From Candidatus Altiarchaeota archaeon (GTDB lineage Archaea; Altiarchaeota; Altiarchaeia; IMC4; SCGC-AAA252-I15): a stretch of DNA of 64,000 bases. Of the stretch, positions 18,482-27,944 are shown piece by piece. Both the position numbers and the translations under genes were made by a program. The notes under the pieces are model-generated. The model was given only the letters and a program-made list of their open reading frames with translations, was not told where the DNA came from and made no database searches. How positions within the stretch are numbered: position 1 is the first letter of the stretch; every line of letters begins with the position of its first letter. The stretch covers positions 6,574 through 70,573 of the forward strand of contig JBDRLL010000033.1 of assembly GCA_043813075.1 (NCBI GenBank), given 5' to 3'.

Positions 18482-19372
18482 TCATGCCGTCGTGACCTCG
18501 CAGCCGTCTGAAGTAACCACTATCGTATGCTCGAACTGGCTTACCACACCCTCCTGCCTCTCGTGGAGTGGGGGATATGACTTTAGTATGTCTTCAGCGG
18601 AAAGCTTGTTCAACACGATGCCTAGACGCAGTGGGCTTATCTCAAGGGAATACCAGCGGGAAGCGAACGGAAGTCCCTCACGGCCATCTATTGCCTTCAG
18701 CAGTTTTCTCGCCTCCCTGTCCCTCGTCGGGCGCTGGCTGATTAATGAGAATATCTCCGCCTTCTTTGACTCCACCACCCTCCCGACACCGTCGGTCGCG
18801 AACGGCTCCAAAGCCAAGACCATGCCCTCCTCTATCACCCAGTCGTAGGGAACCTTGATGTTCGGTACGCTGAGCCCTGCGTGAAGGTCGTACTGCTTTA
18901 CCTCATGCCCAGTCAGGTTTTCAATCGGCCGGTATCCTGCTGAAGTTATCCTGGACTGCACTATATCCCCGATGGCGCTGACTGAGAGGCCTGGTTTTAC
19001 TGCTTCTATTGATTCTGTGAGCGCTAGTTCGTTGGCTTCAAGCATTTTAGAGTATTCCCCAGTCAAGTCGATAGTGTATGCAGTGTCCGCTATGAATCCG
19101 TCGACGTGTACTCCAAGGTCAACTGAAACAACATCTTTTTCAGTGAGCACTAACTCGTCGTTGAACCTTGGCGTGTAGTGGGCTGCCACATCATTAACGC
19201 ATACGTTGACAGGGAACGCGAGCCCTGCTTTGTTCTCGATTATCCTTGACTCTATGGACTCGGCTATTTCGATGAGTCTTGCGCCCGGCTTGACAAGCTT
19301 CCTGCTCCACTCCCTGGCTTCTGAAGCTATGCGACCAGCCTGTCGGTATGACTCCATATCCTCTGGCTCCAT
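18482..19372 (-). CDS. map: Methionine aminopeptidase, type 2 (archaeal)
   Basis: Motifs are VNDVAAHYTP, VDLGVHVDGFIADTA, GHEV, LEPFAT and SQFEHTIVV. The start is set at MEPEDMESY (19372) by analogy with archaeal MetAPs. The track ORF extends to 19747 across the tmk gene and is rejected. Confidence 0.9.
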   Translation of the reverse strand: MEPEDMESYRQAGRIASEAREWSRKLVKPGARLIEIAESIESRIIENKAGLAFPVNVCVNDVAAHYTPRFNDELVLTEKDVVSVDLGVHVDGFIADTAYTIDLTGEYSKMLEANELALTESIEAVKPGLSVSAIGDIVQSRITSAGYRPIENLTGHEVKQYDLHAGLSVPNIKVPYDWVIEEGMVLALEPFATDGVGRVVESKKAEIFSLISQRPTRDREARKLLKAIDGREGLPFASRWYSLEISPLRLGIVLNKLSAEDILKSYPPLHERQEGVVSQFEHTIVVTSDGCEVTTA

Positions 19373-19435
19373 TGTTGGGTTAAACTTATTGGCCTGCCCC
19401 ATTAAAATAAGGTCTAGGGCAATAGATAACAATCC

Positions 19436-19999
19436 ATGGCTTTCATAGTGCTTGAGGGCATAGACGGATGCGGCAAGTCGACGCACGCGAGACTGCTCGC
19501 GGAATGGCTGGTGAAGGAGGGTCGTGATGTTGTCTTGACTGCGGAGCCGACTGACGGGAAGATAGGGGTGTTCATAAGGGAGGTCCTGTCCGGAAGGGAG
19601 ACTGTCGACCCAAAGACGCTTTCCATGCTCTTTACTGCAGACCGCTACGAACACCTGCTCAACAGGATAGAGCCGGCGCTGGCTGAAGGAAAGATTGTCG
19701 TGTCTGAGAGGTACTATTACTCCACCATAGCGTATCAGAGCGCGCAAGGCGTCGACTGGAACTGGCTCTTTGAGATAAACAAGTTCGCTAGGAAACCTGA
19801 CTTAACCATACTCTTGGATGTTAAGCCGGATGAGGGAGCCTCAAGGACGGACACCAACGAGATATTTGAGAAAAGCGAGTTTCTCGCGGAAGTCAGGGAC
19901 AACTACCTCAAGTTCCAGGACGTCTCTATGGTGGAGACGCGCAGGCCTACGGGTGAAGTGCAGGATAGGATAAGGAGCATAGTGTCTGATATGATGTGA
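19436..19999 (+). CDS. tmk: Thymidylate kinase
   Basis: It has the P-loop LEGIDGCGKST, TADRYEH, and a lid region. Confidence 0.9.
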   Translation: MAFIVLEGIDGCGKSTHARLLAEWLVKEGRDVVLTAEPTDGKIGVFIREVLSGRETVDPKTLSMLFTADRYEHLLNRIEPALAEGKIVVSERYYYSTIAYQSAQGVDWNWLFEINKFARKPDLTILLDVKPDEGASRTDTNEIFEKSEFLAEVRDNYLKFQDVSMVETRRPTGEVQDRIRSIVSDMM

Positions 20000-20033
20000 T
20001 GAATGCTGTCGTGACTTTTCCTGGTGCATTCCA

Positions 20034-20150
20034 TCAGAGTATGTAGATGTATGCTAATATGGCCACGAAGACTACGGTCAGGAGAATCATGGTCTGGTTG
20101 TCTTTCTTGAGTGATTCTCTGTCGTCAACTGGTTTTTCTGGTTCTCCCAT
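20034..20150 (-). CDS. Possible 38-aa tail-anchored micro-protein
   Basis: An internal ATG at 20150 is preceded by GGTGAT. The peptide is MGEPEKPVDDRESLKKDNQTMILLTVVFVAILAYIYIL. The longer 64-aa version would overlap the HD gene. Confidence 0.3.
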   Translation of the reverse strand: MGEPEKPVDDRESLKKDNQTMILLTVVFVAILAYIYIL

Positions 20151-20196
20151 GGTATCACCGTTTAATGATTTTTCTTTATCAAATATAAATCGATTT

Positions 20197-21390
20197 TCAC
20201 GTGAATTTCCCCAAACGGGTCTGAGCATACTCTATGTAGTCTTCAGGCTTGAATCCAGATAGTTTGCCTAATTGCTCTGGCGCGGCGTATATGTTGAACA
20301 GAAGCTTTTCCTTTTCTGACTTCTCAAGGTCCCTGGCTAGCGTCGACACCTCGTCTATCCTCTTGTATTCCCCGTCAACCTCTATCTTGACCTTGAACTC
20401 GTTCAGGCGGATCTCGGGGAAATCAAGAAGGGCATAACCATCCTCCACCGAATAGTCGGAGGCTATCTTAGACTCTATGGCGCGTATGTTCTCCTCAAGC
20501 TCCTTTCTGAAGGTTTCAGTCATCATGTTAATGCGCTCGTGGAATATCTTTTTGAACAGCCTCCGCTCGTCTATCCTCGATGTTATGTCCTTGACGTAGC
20601 CCTCCTGCCGCCTCATGTGGGAGATAAGGCTGATGTCGTCCATCGAGGATAACTCATCCGGAGACATACCTTCCTCCAGCATGTTCTCAAGCGCGTGTGC
20701 GAACATTGACTCTGCAATCCTCTTGGTGTGATGCCGGTAGACTGTCTGATACATGAGGTTCCTGCTGACGAGAAGCAGTTCAACAGCCTCAAGACCCCTG
20801 TTGTTCACGTACAAGTCATCGTCCTCCAGGGTAAGGTTGTATAACACGCGTTCGACGTCTATAACACCGTACGCAACCCCCGCGTAATACGAGTCCCGTA
20901 TCAGATAGTCCATCTTATCCAAGTCTATTTCAGAGGAAACCAGCTTTCCGATGCTCCCGACACCCATCACCAGACCAGCGACATGCGTGGGCTCTATACC
21001 ATGCCTGTCAAGAACGTCAGCGACCTCGGTCTTTGCTATTATCTCGCAGGACCTTGCTTCATGGGGGATCCCCCGCCTAGTCAGCACGTTGTCTGAGGTA
21101 TGGGAGAATGGCCCGTGACCCACGTCGTGGAGAAGGCATGCGGCCTTGAGAGACTGCGTGTCAGCTTCATCTAGAGACAGATACTCGGAGACCAGTCCCG
21201 CCAGGTGCATGACTCCGATAGAGTGCTCAAAGCGTGTTGAATTCATTGCTGGATACACGAGGTAGCAGAATCCGTTTTGCTTCACGTTCCTCAATCGCTG
21301 CATGTGTGGTGTATCCAAAAGCTCTTTCTCCAACGCGTCCAGCCTGATGTTCCCGTGTATAGGGTCTCGCACATACTTTACAGGCTTCAT
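20197..21390 (-). CDS. HD-domain phosphohydrolase (dGTPase/SAMHD1-like)
   Basis: Motifs are RFEHSIGV, LLHDVGHGPFSH and DKMDYLIRDSYYAGV. The start is set at MKPVKYV (21390); the 43-aa N-terminal extension in the track overlaps the rfc start. Confidence 0.85.
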   Translation of the reverse strand: MKPVKYVRDPIHGNIRLDALEKELLDTPHMQRLRNVKQNGFCYLVYPAMNSTRFEHSIGVMHLAGLVSEYLSLDEADTQSLKAACLLHDVGHGPFSHTSDNVLTRRGIPHEARSCEIIAKTEVADVLDRHGIEPTHVAGLVMGVGSIGKLVSSEIDLDKMDYLIRDSYYAGVAYGVIDVERVLYNLTLEDDDLYVNNRGLEAVELLLVSRNLMYQTVYRHHTKRIAESMFAHALENMLEEGMSPDELSSMDDISLISHMRRQEGYVKDITSRIDERRLFKKIFHERINMMTETFRKELEENIRAIESKIASDYSVEDGYALLDFPEIRLNEFKVKIEVDGEYKRIDEVSTLARDLEKSEKEKLLFNIYAAPEQLGKLSGFKPEDYIEYAQTRLGKFT

Positions 21391-21428
21391 CGGAGTAATT
21401 AATTTAATTGGATTATAAATAAGATACC

Positions 21429-22565
21429 GTGTGGACAGAGGAGCATAAACCCGGGAATCTTGACGAATTCGTGGGAAAGACGGCCGTCGACTACGTGAGG
21501 AAGTGGGATGGCGAGCCACTTATAGTCTATGGCGGGTCTGGCAGTGGAAAGAGCCTGCTGGCCCAACTGACTGCCGTCGAAAAGGGCTGGGATATGATAG
21601 AGGTTGATGACAGCAACATCAATGAGGCTGAGAGCATAGCTTCGACCTCTAGCCTCTATGGGGGCAGGAGGCTTGTCATCATAGAGGACGTGGACTTGAT
21701 TAGGGACATCAAGAAGATTTCAGAGTTTGTTGCATCCACAAAGAGTCCGGTGCTTATGACAACCCAGGACTACGGCTCTAAGAGGCTTTCAACACTTAAG
21801 AGGAAGTGCCTTGGACTCCAGTTGAGGAAGCCTATGGTCTCGTCGGTAGTCAAGCACCTGCAGGGGATATGCGCTGCCGAGGGATTGGATGTTGATAAGA
21901 GTGTTCTGGAAGCCATAGCGAAGAATGCGAAATGCGACCTACGAGCGTCAGTAAACGACCTTGAGACTCTCGGGAAAGGCAGGAAGGCCATACGCGAGGA
22001 GGACTTGGATGTGCTTGCCAAGAGGGACATTGAGTCAGACATCTACAGGGCCTTGAGCGTCATCTTCGGGGGTAAAGACATCAGGGAGGTTGTAGAGTCC
22101 ACATGGAACATACAGGAACAGCCAAGGGATGTGATATGGTGGGTTGACGAGAACGTCCCCTACATGTATGTGGACGGGAAGTCGGTCTCAGAGTCAATGG
22201 AGAAGCTGTCGAGGGCTGACGTCTTCCTGGGGAGGATAATGAACAGGCAGTACTGGGGTTTCCTGAGATACGCGAACGCCCTGATGACGGCTGGCGTGAA
22301 CAACTCCCGTCCGGATAAGACCAACTACTCCCAATACAGGTTCCCCAGCTATTTCGCCGCTTTGGGTAGGACCAAGGGCGTCAGGAACATTGAGAAGAGC
22401 ATTTCAGAGAAGCTATCGCCAACACTTCACGCGTCAAGAAGAGTCATTTCGCAGGAGTATATACCCTTGTTAAAACTGTTGCTTAAGAAGCGTATTGTCG
22501 AGTCAGACGAGGTTAAGGAGTTCTTCAGACTTGAGGATGAGGAAGTGGAGCACCTAGTCTCCTGA
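21429..22565 (+). CDS. rfcL: Replication factor C large-subunit-like AAA+ ATPase (short, divergent)
   Basis: It has a GTG start, the RFC N-terminal pattern W-EEHKP-NLDEFVG, Walker A GGSGSGKS and Walker B-like LVIIEDVD. At 378 aa it is shorter than typical archaeal RfcL. Confidence 0.6.
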   Translation: MWTEEHKPGNLDEFVGKTAVDYVRKWDGEPLIVYGGSGSGKSLLAQLTAVEKGWDMIEVDDSNINEAESIASTSSLYGGRRLVIIEDVDLIRDIKKISEFVASTKSPVLMTTQDYGSKRLSTLKRKCLGLQLRKPMVSSVVKHLQGICAAEGLDVDKSVLEAIAKNAKCDLRASVNDLETLGKGRKAIREEDLDVLAKRDIESDIYRALSVIFGGKDIREVVESTWNIQEQPRDVIWWVDENVPYMYVDGKSVSESMEKLSRADVFLGRIMNRQYWGFLRYANALMTAGVNNSRPDKTNYSQYRFPSYFAALGRTKGVRNIEKSISEKLSPTLHASRRVISQEYIPLLKLLLKKRIVESDEVKEFFRLEDEEVEHLVS

Positions 22566-23471
22566 AGCATCACCGTCTTCGAGGCCATTGGTCTCCATCA
22601 GAGCCTTGAAGTCATCGAAGCTGATGCGTTTACTTGACTTGAGCTTCTCCTTGGCCTGTATGGCCTGCTTCTCCTTTTGCTCAGCCTCCTTACGAGCCTT
22701 GTAGACGTCCATTTGCTCGGAGTATGGGGCCATCTCATCCCCAACAGCCTTGATCTTCTCCCTGAAGTCGGTTATCTTGTCCCGCATGGGGTCTATGAGG
22801 GCGTATTTCTCCAGTATCTGCTTGTGTAGTTCATCGGCTTTCTTGCGCACTTCATCCAGTTGACCGTATATTTCTATAACGCTCTTATGGTATTTCTCAG
22901 ACTCGTCGGCTAGGTTGCGTATCTCATTGGATATCGCATCTATCTTATCGTCAGCCTCCTTGAGCCCGTCATACGTCGAGACCACCTTCTTATGCAGGTC
23001 GTCGGCTTTCTTGGCTGCCTCAAGCCGCTCGTTCATCTGGAATATCTCCTCGAAATACCGTGTCTCCTTGCTCAATGGTATGTCCTCGCTGGTGAGGGCA
23101 TTTAGTATCTTATCGTATCTCTTTGAGAGGGACTTGTCCGTGCCCTGAGCCTTCCGGTTAAGCTTGTCTCTCAGGCTCTTGGACTCTTTTATGTTGTCGC
23201 TCAAGTGTTTTACGCTCTCTGTTATCTTTGCCCGCTCCTCCTTAAGGCCGGCTATCCTCTTGTTCAGTTCATCACGCTTGTCCCTGAGTTTTTTTGCTTC
23301 TTCAGAAAGCTGCTTGCACTTATTGTTGTGGTCGTCCCTCAATGTCCGTAGCTTAGAGGCCTCCTTCTGGTGGATGCGTATTTCACGCATTACGGATGCC
23401 ATATCCTTGTTTATCCGTGATATCTCCTTCCGGTACTCATCCACCTTCTTCTTGACTTCCTTCTCGTTCAT
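22554..23471 (-). CDS. Archaeal coiled-coil protein (COG1340-like)
   Basis: The 305-aa protein is almost entirely heptad-like and K/E/R/L/D-rich, with an acidic C-terminal tail. Confidence 0.6.
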   Translation of the reverse strand: MNEKEVKKKVDEYRKEISRINKDMASVMREIRIHQKEASKLRTLRDDHNNKCKQLSEEAKKLRDKRDELNKRIAGLKEERAKITESVKHLSDNIKESKSLRDKLNRKAQGTDKSLSKRYDKILNALTSEDIPLSKETRYFEEIFQMNERLEAAKKADDLHKKVVSTYDGLKEADDKIDAISNEIRNLADESEKYHKSVIEIYGQLDEVRKKADELHKQILEKYALIDPMRDKITDFREKIKAVGDEMAPYSEQMDVYKARKEAEQKEKQAIQAKEKLKSSKRISFDDFKALMETNGLEDGDASGD

Positions 23472-23794
23472 TAGGACAACTCCTTTAGCTTATTGAACCA
23501 GTAGTTCCTAGCCTCAACGTGTTCGGTGACTGATTTCTTGATGCTAGCGTACTGTTGCCTTGAGGATATTGACAGCGCACCCTCAAGTTCAGACAATTCC
23601 TTCTCAGTATCCTCGAGTTCTTTGCTGAATTTCCCCTCCTTATCGTCTTCCACCCAGTGTTTGAGCTGGTCCCTCTTCTCGCGGAGGATGCTGATGTTCT
23701 CCCACCTCTCAACGTCCGCACTGTATTCTGTGATCATCCGGTCGTGCTTCTCGACCAGTATTCCAGCCAGTTTTTTTGGCGTGAGGTCATCCAT
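23471..23794 (-). CDS. Small coiled-coil protein
   Basis: The 107-aa protein is charged and helical. Its stop overlaps the downstream start by 1 nt. Confidence 0.5.
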   Translation of the reverse strand: MDDLTPKKLAGILVEKHDRMITEYSADVERWENISILREKRDQLKHWVEDDKEGKFSKELEDTEKELSELEGALSISSRQQYASIKKSVTEHVEARNYWFNKLKELS

Positions 23795-23837
23795 TTTGGA
23801 GTATAATACACGTATTAAAGGTAAATAAAAGTATGGA

Positions 23838-24455
23838 TTACTCCGACTTCTTCAAGACGTAGTTAATCCTCTGTATTATAGTGATATTACATAGCACTAC
23901 AAGGAGTATAATAGCGTAAATCAGGTATAAAACACTGTAATATCCGAGGAACATTCCGGCGTATATGATTACCAGACGCTCGAAACGCTCCACAATGCCC
24001 CCCATCTCCTTGTGTTGTTCTGGCTCTGTGACGACCTTCCTGTGGTCAGCATATGCTGTGACAAAGGATGGCATGAGTGCGCTGAATACTAGGAGTATTA
24101 TCCAGAGACTGTTAGGTAGGAGCACTTCAGGGGCCCCCAGAAGGTAGAACCACAGGCCCACATAGAGTATTATCTCGACGTAACGGTCTATCAGACCGTC
24201 AAGGAATGCGCCGAGGCTTGAGACGCTCTTGGTTACTCTCGCCACATTACCGTCTATTATGTCTATGAACGCGGATATGATGAAGAATGCGACTGCGTGC
24301 AACAACATCTTGTAGTAGAGGAATGCGAATCCGGTCAGTGCTGGGATCAGTGATAGGAGGGTCCACATGTTGGGGGGTATGCCCAATCCTGCGAAGATCA
24401 TTCCCACACGGACGTTCCATCCAGCAGCCTTCTCTGAAAAATGGGATCTGAGCAT
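23838..24455 (-). CDS. CDP-alcohol phosphatidyltransferase, probable archaetidylinositol-phosphate synthase
   Basis: It has the D-G-x2-A-R...G-x3-D-x3-D motif (DIIDGNVARVTKSVSSLGAFLDGLIDRYVE) and is polytopic. It lies directly downstream of inositol-1-phosphate synthase. The start at 24455 avoids overlap; an alternative start is at 24494. Confidence 0.75.
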   Translation of the reverse strand: MLRSHFSEKAAGWNVRVGMIFAGLGIPPNMWTLLSLIPALTGFAFLYYKMLLHAVAFFIISAFIDIIDGNVARVTKSVSSLGAFLDGLIDRYVEIILYVGLWFYLLGAPEVLLPNSLWIILLVFSALMPSFVTAYADHRKVVTEPEQHKEMGGIVERFERLVIIYAGMFLGYYSVLYLIYAIILLVVLCNITIIQRINYVLKKSE

Positions 24456-24459
24456 CTTA

Positions 24460-25545
24460 TTATCTTTCTCTCTTGCCAGATATAAATTCCTCAACCAGGT
24501 CCCGCGCGACAGTGTCAGTATACTGTATGGGCGGGCTCTTCATGAAATAGCTGCTGGGACTGTATAACGGACCTCCTATACCGCGGTCCAACGCGATTTT
24601 AGCGCATCGAATAGCGTCGACAATCACTCCAGCAGAGTTGGGGCTGTCTTCAACGTCGAGCCTGAGCTCTATGCTGATGGGTATGTCACCGAACTTCCGA
24701 CCCTCCATCCGTATGAAGCATAGTTTCTTGTCCTTCAGCCATGGAACGTAGTCGCTAGGACCTATGTGTATGTCTTCGGGCGGCATCTGGGTCGGCAGCT
24801 GGGATTGGACGCTCTGCGTCTTGCTTATCTTCTTGCTCTTCAGCCTAGTCCTCTCCAGCATGTTTAGGAAGTCCGTGTTCCCCCCCACGTTAAGCTGGTA
24901 CGTGTGATCCAGCTTGACGCCGCGGTCTACGAACAAACGGGTTAAAGTCCTGTGCACTATCGTAGCCCCCACCTGGCTCTTGATGTCGTCGCCGATTATG
25001 GGGACCTTATCCTTCTGGAATTTCTCAGCCCACTCCTTGTTGGATGCTATGAAGACGGGCATCGCGTTTATGAAGCCGACGCCTGCCTTAAGACATTCGG
25101 TGGCGTAGAATCTCGCAGCCTGCTCGGAGCCGACCGGAAGGTAGCTTACAACCACTTCCGCGCCGCTGTCTTCCAGTTCTTTCGCCACGTCCACCGGCTT
25201 CTGCTTCGGGTCGACAGTGAACTTGTCTTTAGTCAGGTCTGTGACGCCGTCAAGGACCGGCCCTTTCTTCACTTCAACATTCCATTTGGGCACATCCGAG
25301 AAACGGGCGGTGCAGTTCGGCTCTGAGAATACGGCGGCACTAAGATCCTTACCCACCTTCTTCGAGTCGACGTCTATCGCAGCCACGAATTTTATGCTGC
25401 TAAGCTTGTATCCAGCCATCACGTTGTGCATTAGGCCGGGTATCTGTGGGTCGTTTGCGTCTATGTCCTTATAATATTCAACTCCCTGGACGAGTGATGA
25501 CGCGCAATTGCCCACCCCTATTAAGGCCACCTTGATTTGCTTCAT
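24460..25545 (-). CDS. ino1: myo-Inositol-1-phosphate synthase
   Basis: It has a Rossmann N-terminus ([17 protein letters not shown]), NVGGNTDF and [12 protein letters not shown]. The start is set at MKQIKVA (25545). Confidence 0.88.
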   Translation of the reverse strand: MKQIKVALIGVGNCASSLVQGVEYYKDIDANDPQIPGLMHNVMAGYKLSSIKFVAAIDVDSKKVGKDLSAAVFSEPNCTARFSDVPKWNVEVKKGPVLDGVTDLTKDKFTVDPKQKPVDVAKELEDSGAEVVVSYLPVGSEQAARFYATECLKAGVGFINAMPVFIASNKEWAEKFQKDKVPIIGDDIKSQVGATIVHRTLTRLFVDRGVKLDHTYQLNVGGNTDFLNMLERTRLKSKKISKTQSVQSQLPTQMPPEDIHIGPSDYVPWLKDKKLCFIRMEGRKFGDIPISIELRLDVEDSPNSAGVIVDAIRCAKIALDRGIGGPLYSPSSYFMKSPPIQYTDTVARDLVEEFISGKRER

Positions 25546-25606
25546 TTTCGTAATAATATAGATTATCCAGTATTTAAATATTTTACGGTCATAAAATATT
25601 ATCGTT

Positions 25607-25930
25607 ATGGATAATCCTCCTCTCCGAAGGCTTAGGGATAAGACCACCATAGAGGTCTTGTGGATATACATACTGTCACTCATGAAGGATGAGCCCCTAT
25701 ACGCTTATGAGATAAAAGAGAGGATAGAGGACAAATACGGCTTTGAGATAGGCAAGGTGACCGCCTACATGGTCTTATACCGGCTGGAATACGAGGGATA
25801 CGTCGAGACCGAATGGAGGGTCATAGAGAACAGGCAACGAAAGTACTATAGGATAACGGAATCCGGCCGTGAAACACTGGATGAGGGCGTTAAATACGTT
25901 AAAGGACTGGCTGAGGAGCTAGAGCATTAA
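25607..25930 (+). CDS. PadR-family transcriptional regulator
   Basis: The 107-aa wHTH has the PadR pattern ([21 protein letters not shown]...[10 protein letters not shown]...[10 protein letters not shown]). Confidence 0.85.
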   Translation: MDNPPLRRLRDKTTIEVLWIYILSLMKDEPLYAYEIKERIEDKYGFEIGKVTAYMVLYRLEYEGYVETEWRVIENRQRKYYRITESGRETLDEGVKYVKGLAEELEH

Positions 25931-26110
25931 GCCGATGAATGAGGAGGATAGCTTGTTCATGACCGCAGGCTCGTTGGGTACTACAACCAGGTTGTAGCCT
26001 AGGAAATACCATACTATGAACACCAGGAGCACTGCTACCGCGGCAACAGCTATTATGGTAAGCTCCCATAAGGGTATGTTCTCCGGTATAAGGAAGTCTA
26101 AATCGCTCAT
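25919..26110 (-). CDS. Possible small single-TM protein
   Basis: The 63-aa form starts at MSDLDF and has the TM segment LWELTIIAVAAVAVLLVFIVWYFLG. It lies just downstream of pgk. Confidence 0.3.
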   Translation of the reverse strand: MSDLDFLIPENIPLWELTIIAVAAVAVLLVFIVWYFLGYNLVVVPNEPAVMNKLSSSFIGLML

Positions 26111-26145
26111 TATCCATAGATACTGGGAGGCAGACAATAAAAAGA

Positions 26146-27369
26146 CTACCCACCGCTTGAAGACTCCTTCAAAGCCTCTATGGCAGCCAGCTTGACTCCA
26201 GCAAGGAAGTCCACTGAAGCCTTGCCGCCAGTACTGACGTGAGTCAAATCATCCTCCACATCCAAGTCCCTTGCGGCAGCCACAGTGTCGCCGCCGCCGA
26301 TGACTGAAAAACAGTCTGCCGACGCGATAGCCTTTATAACCTCCTCAGTCCCATATGCAAACGCCTTCGTCTCGTACACTCCCAAAGCCCCGTTCGAGAA
26401 CACGGTTCCCGCACTGTTTATTATCTTCTTGTACTTCTCAACAGTCTTCTGTCCCACGTCAACGATACGATAGTCCTGGGGGAGGTCATACAAGGGTATC
26501 TCAATGCGTTCCCCGTTCTGGTCTATGGCAACATCCACAGGCAACACGATACGATCCTCATTATCCTCCAGTATGCGTTTGGCCTCGTTTATCTGGTCCA
26601 CAAGCTTCTTACCCCTGATGAACTCTATGGACGGCTCGCCGAGACGGTAATCCTTTGCCGCCAGGAACACGTTGGCTAGCACGCCACCCGTAAGTATCTT
26701 ATCCACGTTACCCTTCAAAGCCTTGGATATTATGCGCATGGAATCCTTTACCTTAGCGCCACCCAGCACGAAGATGAGTGGGTGCCTCGGGTTCTTGAGA
26801 ACATCGCCGAGAGAACGGACTTCCTTCTCCATAAGCCTGCCTGCGACAGAAGGCAGACGCTTTGTGAAACCCACCGTCGAGGCCTGACTCCTGTGAGCAG
26901 TCCCGAACGCGTCATTAACGAAGACGTCAGCCAGAGGAGCGAGATTCCTGACCAAAAGCGTGGTAGCCTGCACGTCGGCGGGCCTCTCCAACGCCTCTTC
27001 AGAGTATATCCTAACGTTATCCAACAGGATTATCTCACCTTCCCGCATGTTCTTTATCTCAGTGCATGCTGTGGGCCCGAATATGTCTGCAACATATTTC
27101 ACTTTCACACCAAGAAGTTCGCTCAAGTGTTTAGCATGCTTCTCGAGCGTCGTGAAGTCCGGCTCGCCAGCCCTACCCTGGTGGGCGAGGCATACTATCC
27201 GGGCCTTCTTGTCGATGAGCTCCTGGAGGGTTGGTACGTGAGACCGCATCCTACGGTCCTCTAGGAATTCCCCCGTCTTAGGGTCGAGGGGAGTGTTCAA
27301 GTCAAGCCTTACGATAACAGTCTTTCCTTTGAAGTTATAGTCGTCCATTGTTGAGATGCCGTCAATCAT
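26146..27369 (-). CDS. pgk: Phosphoglycerate kinase
   Basis: Motifs are RLDLNTPL, AHQGR, FGTAHRSQAS and GGGDT. Confidence 0.95.
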   Translation of the reverse strand: MIDGISTMDDYNFKGKTVIVRLDLNTPLDPKTGEFLEDRRMRSHVPTLQELIDKKARIVCLAHQGRAGEPDFTTLEKHAKHLSELLGVKVKYVADIFGPTACTEIKNMREGEIILLDNVRIYSEEALERPADVQATTLLVRNLAPLADVFVNDAFGTAHRSQASTVGFTKRLPSVAGRLMEKEVRSLGDVLKNPRHPLIFVLGGAKVKDSMRIISKALKGNVDKILTGGVLANVFLAAKDYRLGEPSIEFIRGKKLVDQINEAKRILEDNEDRIVLPVDVAIDQNGERIEIPLYDLPQDYRIVDVGQKTVEKYKKIINSAGTVFSNGALGVYETKAFAYGTEEVIKAIASADCFSVIGGGDTVAAARDLDVEDDLTHVSTGGKASVDFLAGVKLAAIEALKESSSGG

Positions 27370-27443
27370 GTTTTCACGCCTCCATGTGGGTGTATATAAG
27401 ACTTAGGTTGGGTAATTAAAAACAATAGTAAATAGTTTCCTTA

Positions 27444-27935
27444 ATGGACGTCCTAGAAGCCATCAGAAGCAGGAGGAGTGTCAGGGAGTTCTCAGAGAAA
27501 CATGTTGACGATAAACTGGTGGGGGATATACTGACGGCGGGCGTGTGGGCTCCGTCCGGCCTGAACAACCAGCCATGGAAGTTCAAGGTGCTTAATGGTG
27601 TTTTGAAGGATAGTATTGCCGGGTGCACCAGGTACGGGAGGATAATAAGAGATGCGCCCGTGTGCATTGCAGTATTCCTCGATGAGAATGAGGGATACGA
27701 TAGGACCAAGGATGTTCAGGCTATTGGAGCGTGCATCCAGAACATGCTGCTTGCAGCGCACTCCATTGGACTCGGAGGAGTCTGGCTGGGCGAGATACTG
27801 AACCAGAGGGAGAAGGTGAGAGAACTGCTTGGAGTGCCTGAGTCATGCGAGCTCATGGCGGTCATAGCAATTGGGTGGCCCAACGGCAATGCAGGTTCAG
27901 GCAGCAGAGGGAGTGTTGGAGGATTCATGCTGTAG
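27444..27935 (+). CDS. Nitroreductase-family protein
   Basis: Motifs are RRSVREF and APSGLNNQPWKF, and the size is typical for the family. Confidence 0.85.
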   Translation: MDVLEAIRSRRSVREFSEKHVDDKLVGDILTAGVWAPSGLNNQPWKFKVLNGVLKDSIAGCTRYGRIIRDAPVCIAVFLDENEGYDRTKDVQAIGACIQNMLLAAHSIGLGGVWLGEILNQREKVRELLGVPESCELMAVIAIGWPNGNAGSGSRGSVGGFML

Positions 27936-27944
27936 GTGTGTGTG

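Noticed and set aside
18444-18848. A 134-aa plus-strand ORF
   Set aside because: It is antisense to the C-terminal half of MetAP, which contains SQFEHTIVV and other family motifs, and it has no independent support.
19373-19747. A 125-aa N-terminal extension of the MetAP ORF (track start at 19747)
   Set aside because: The extension runs through the tmk coding region on the opposite strand. Archaeal MetAP2 homologs begin at the position equivalent to MEPEDMESY (19372).
19996-20060. A C-box-like GTGATGA at the tmk stop, suggesting a C/D box sRNA
   Set aside because: No CUGA D or D' box and no second C' box occurs within the following 60 nt or so on either strand. The match is explained by the tmk C-terminal codons (DMM-stop).
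21391-21519. N-terminal extensions of several track ORFs: the HD hydrolase to 21519, ino1 to 25683, DUF1015-like to 55828 and MBF1 to 47712
   Set aside because: The extensions overlap divergent neighbouring genes or promoters and add non-homologous, low-quality sequence. Internal ATGs coincide with the family-typical N-termini.
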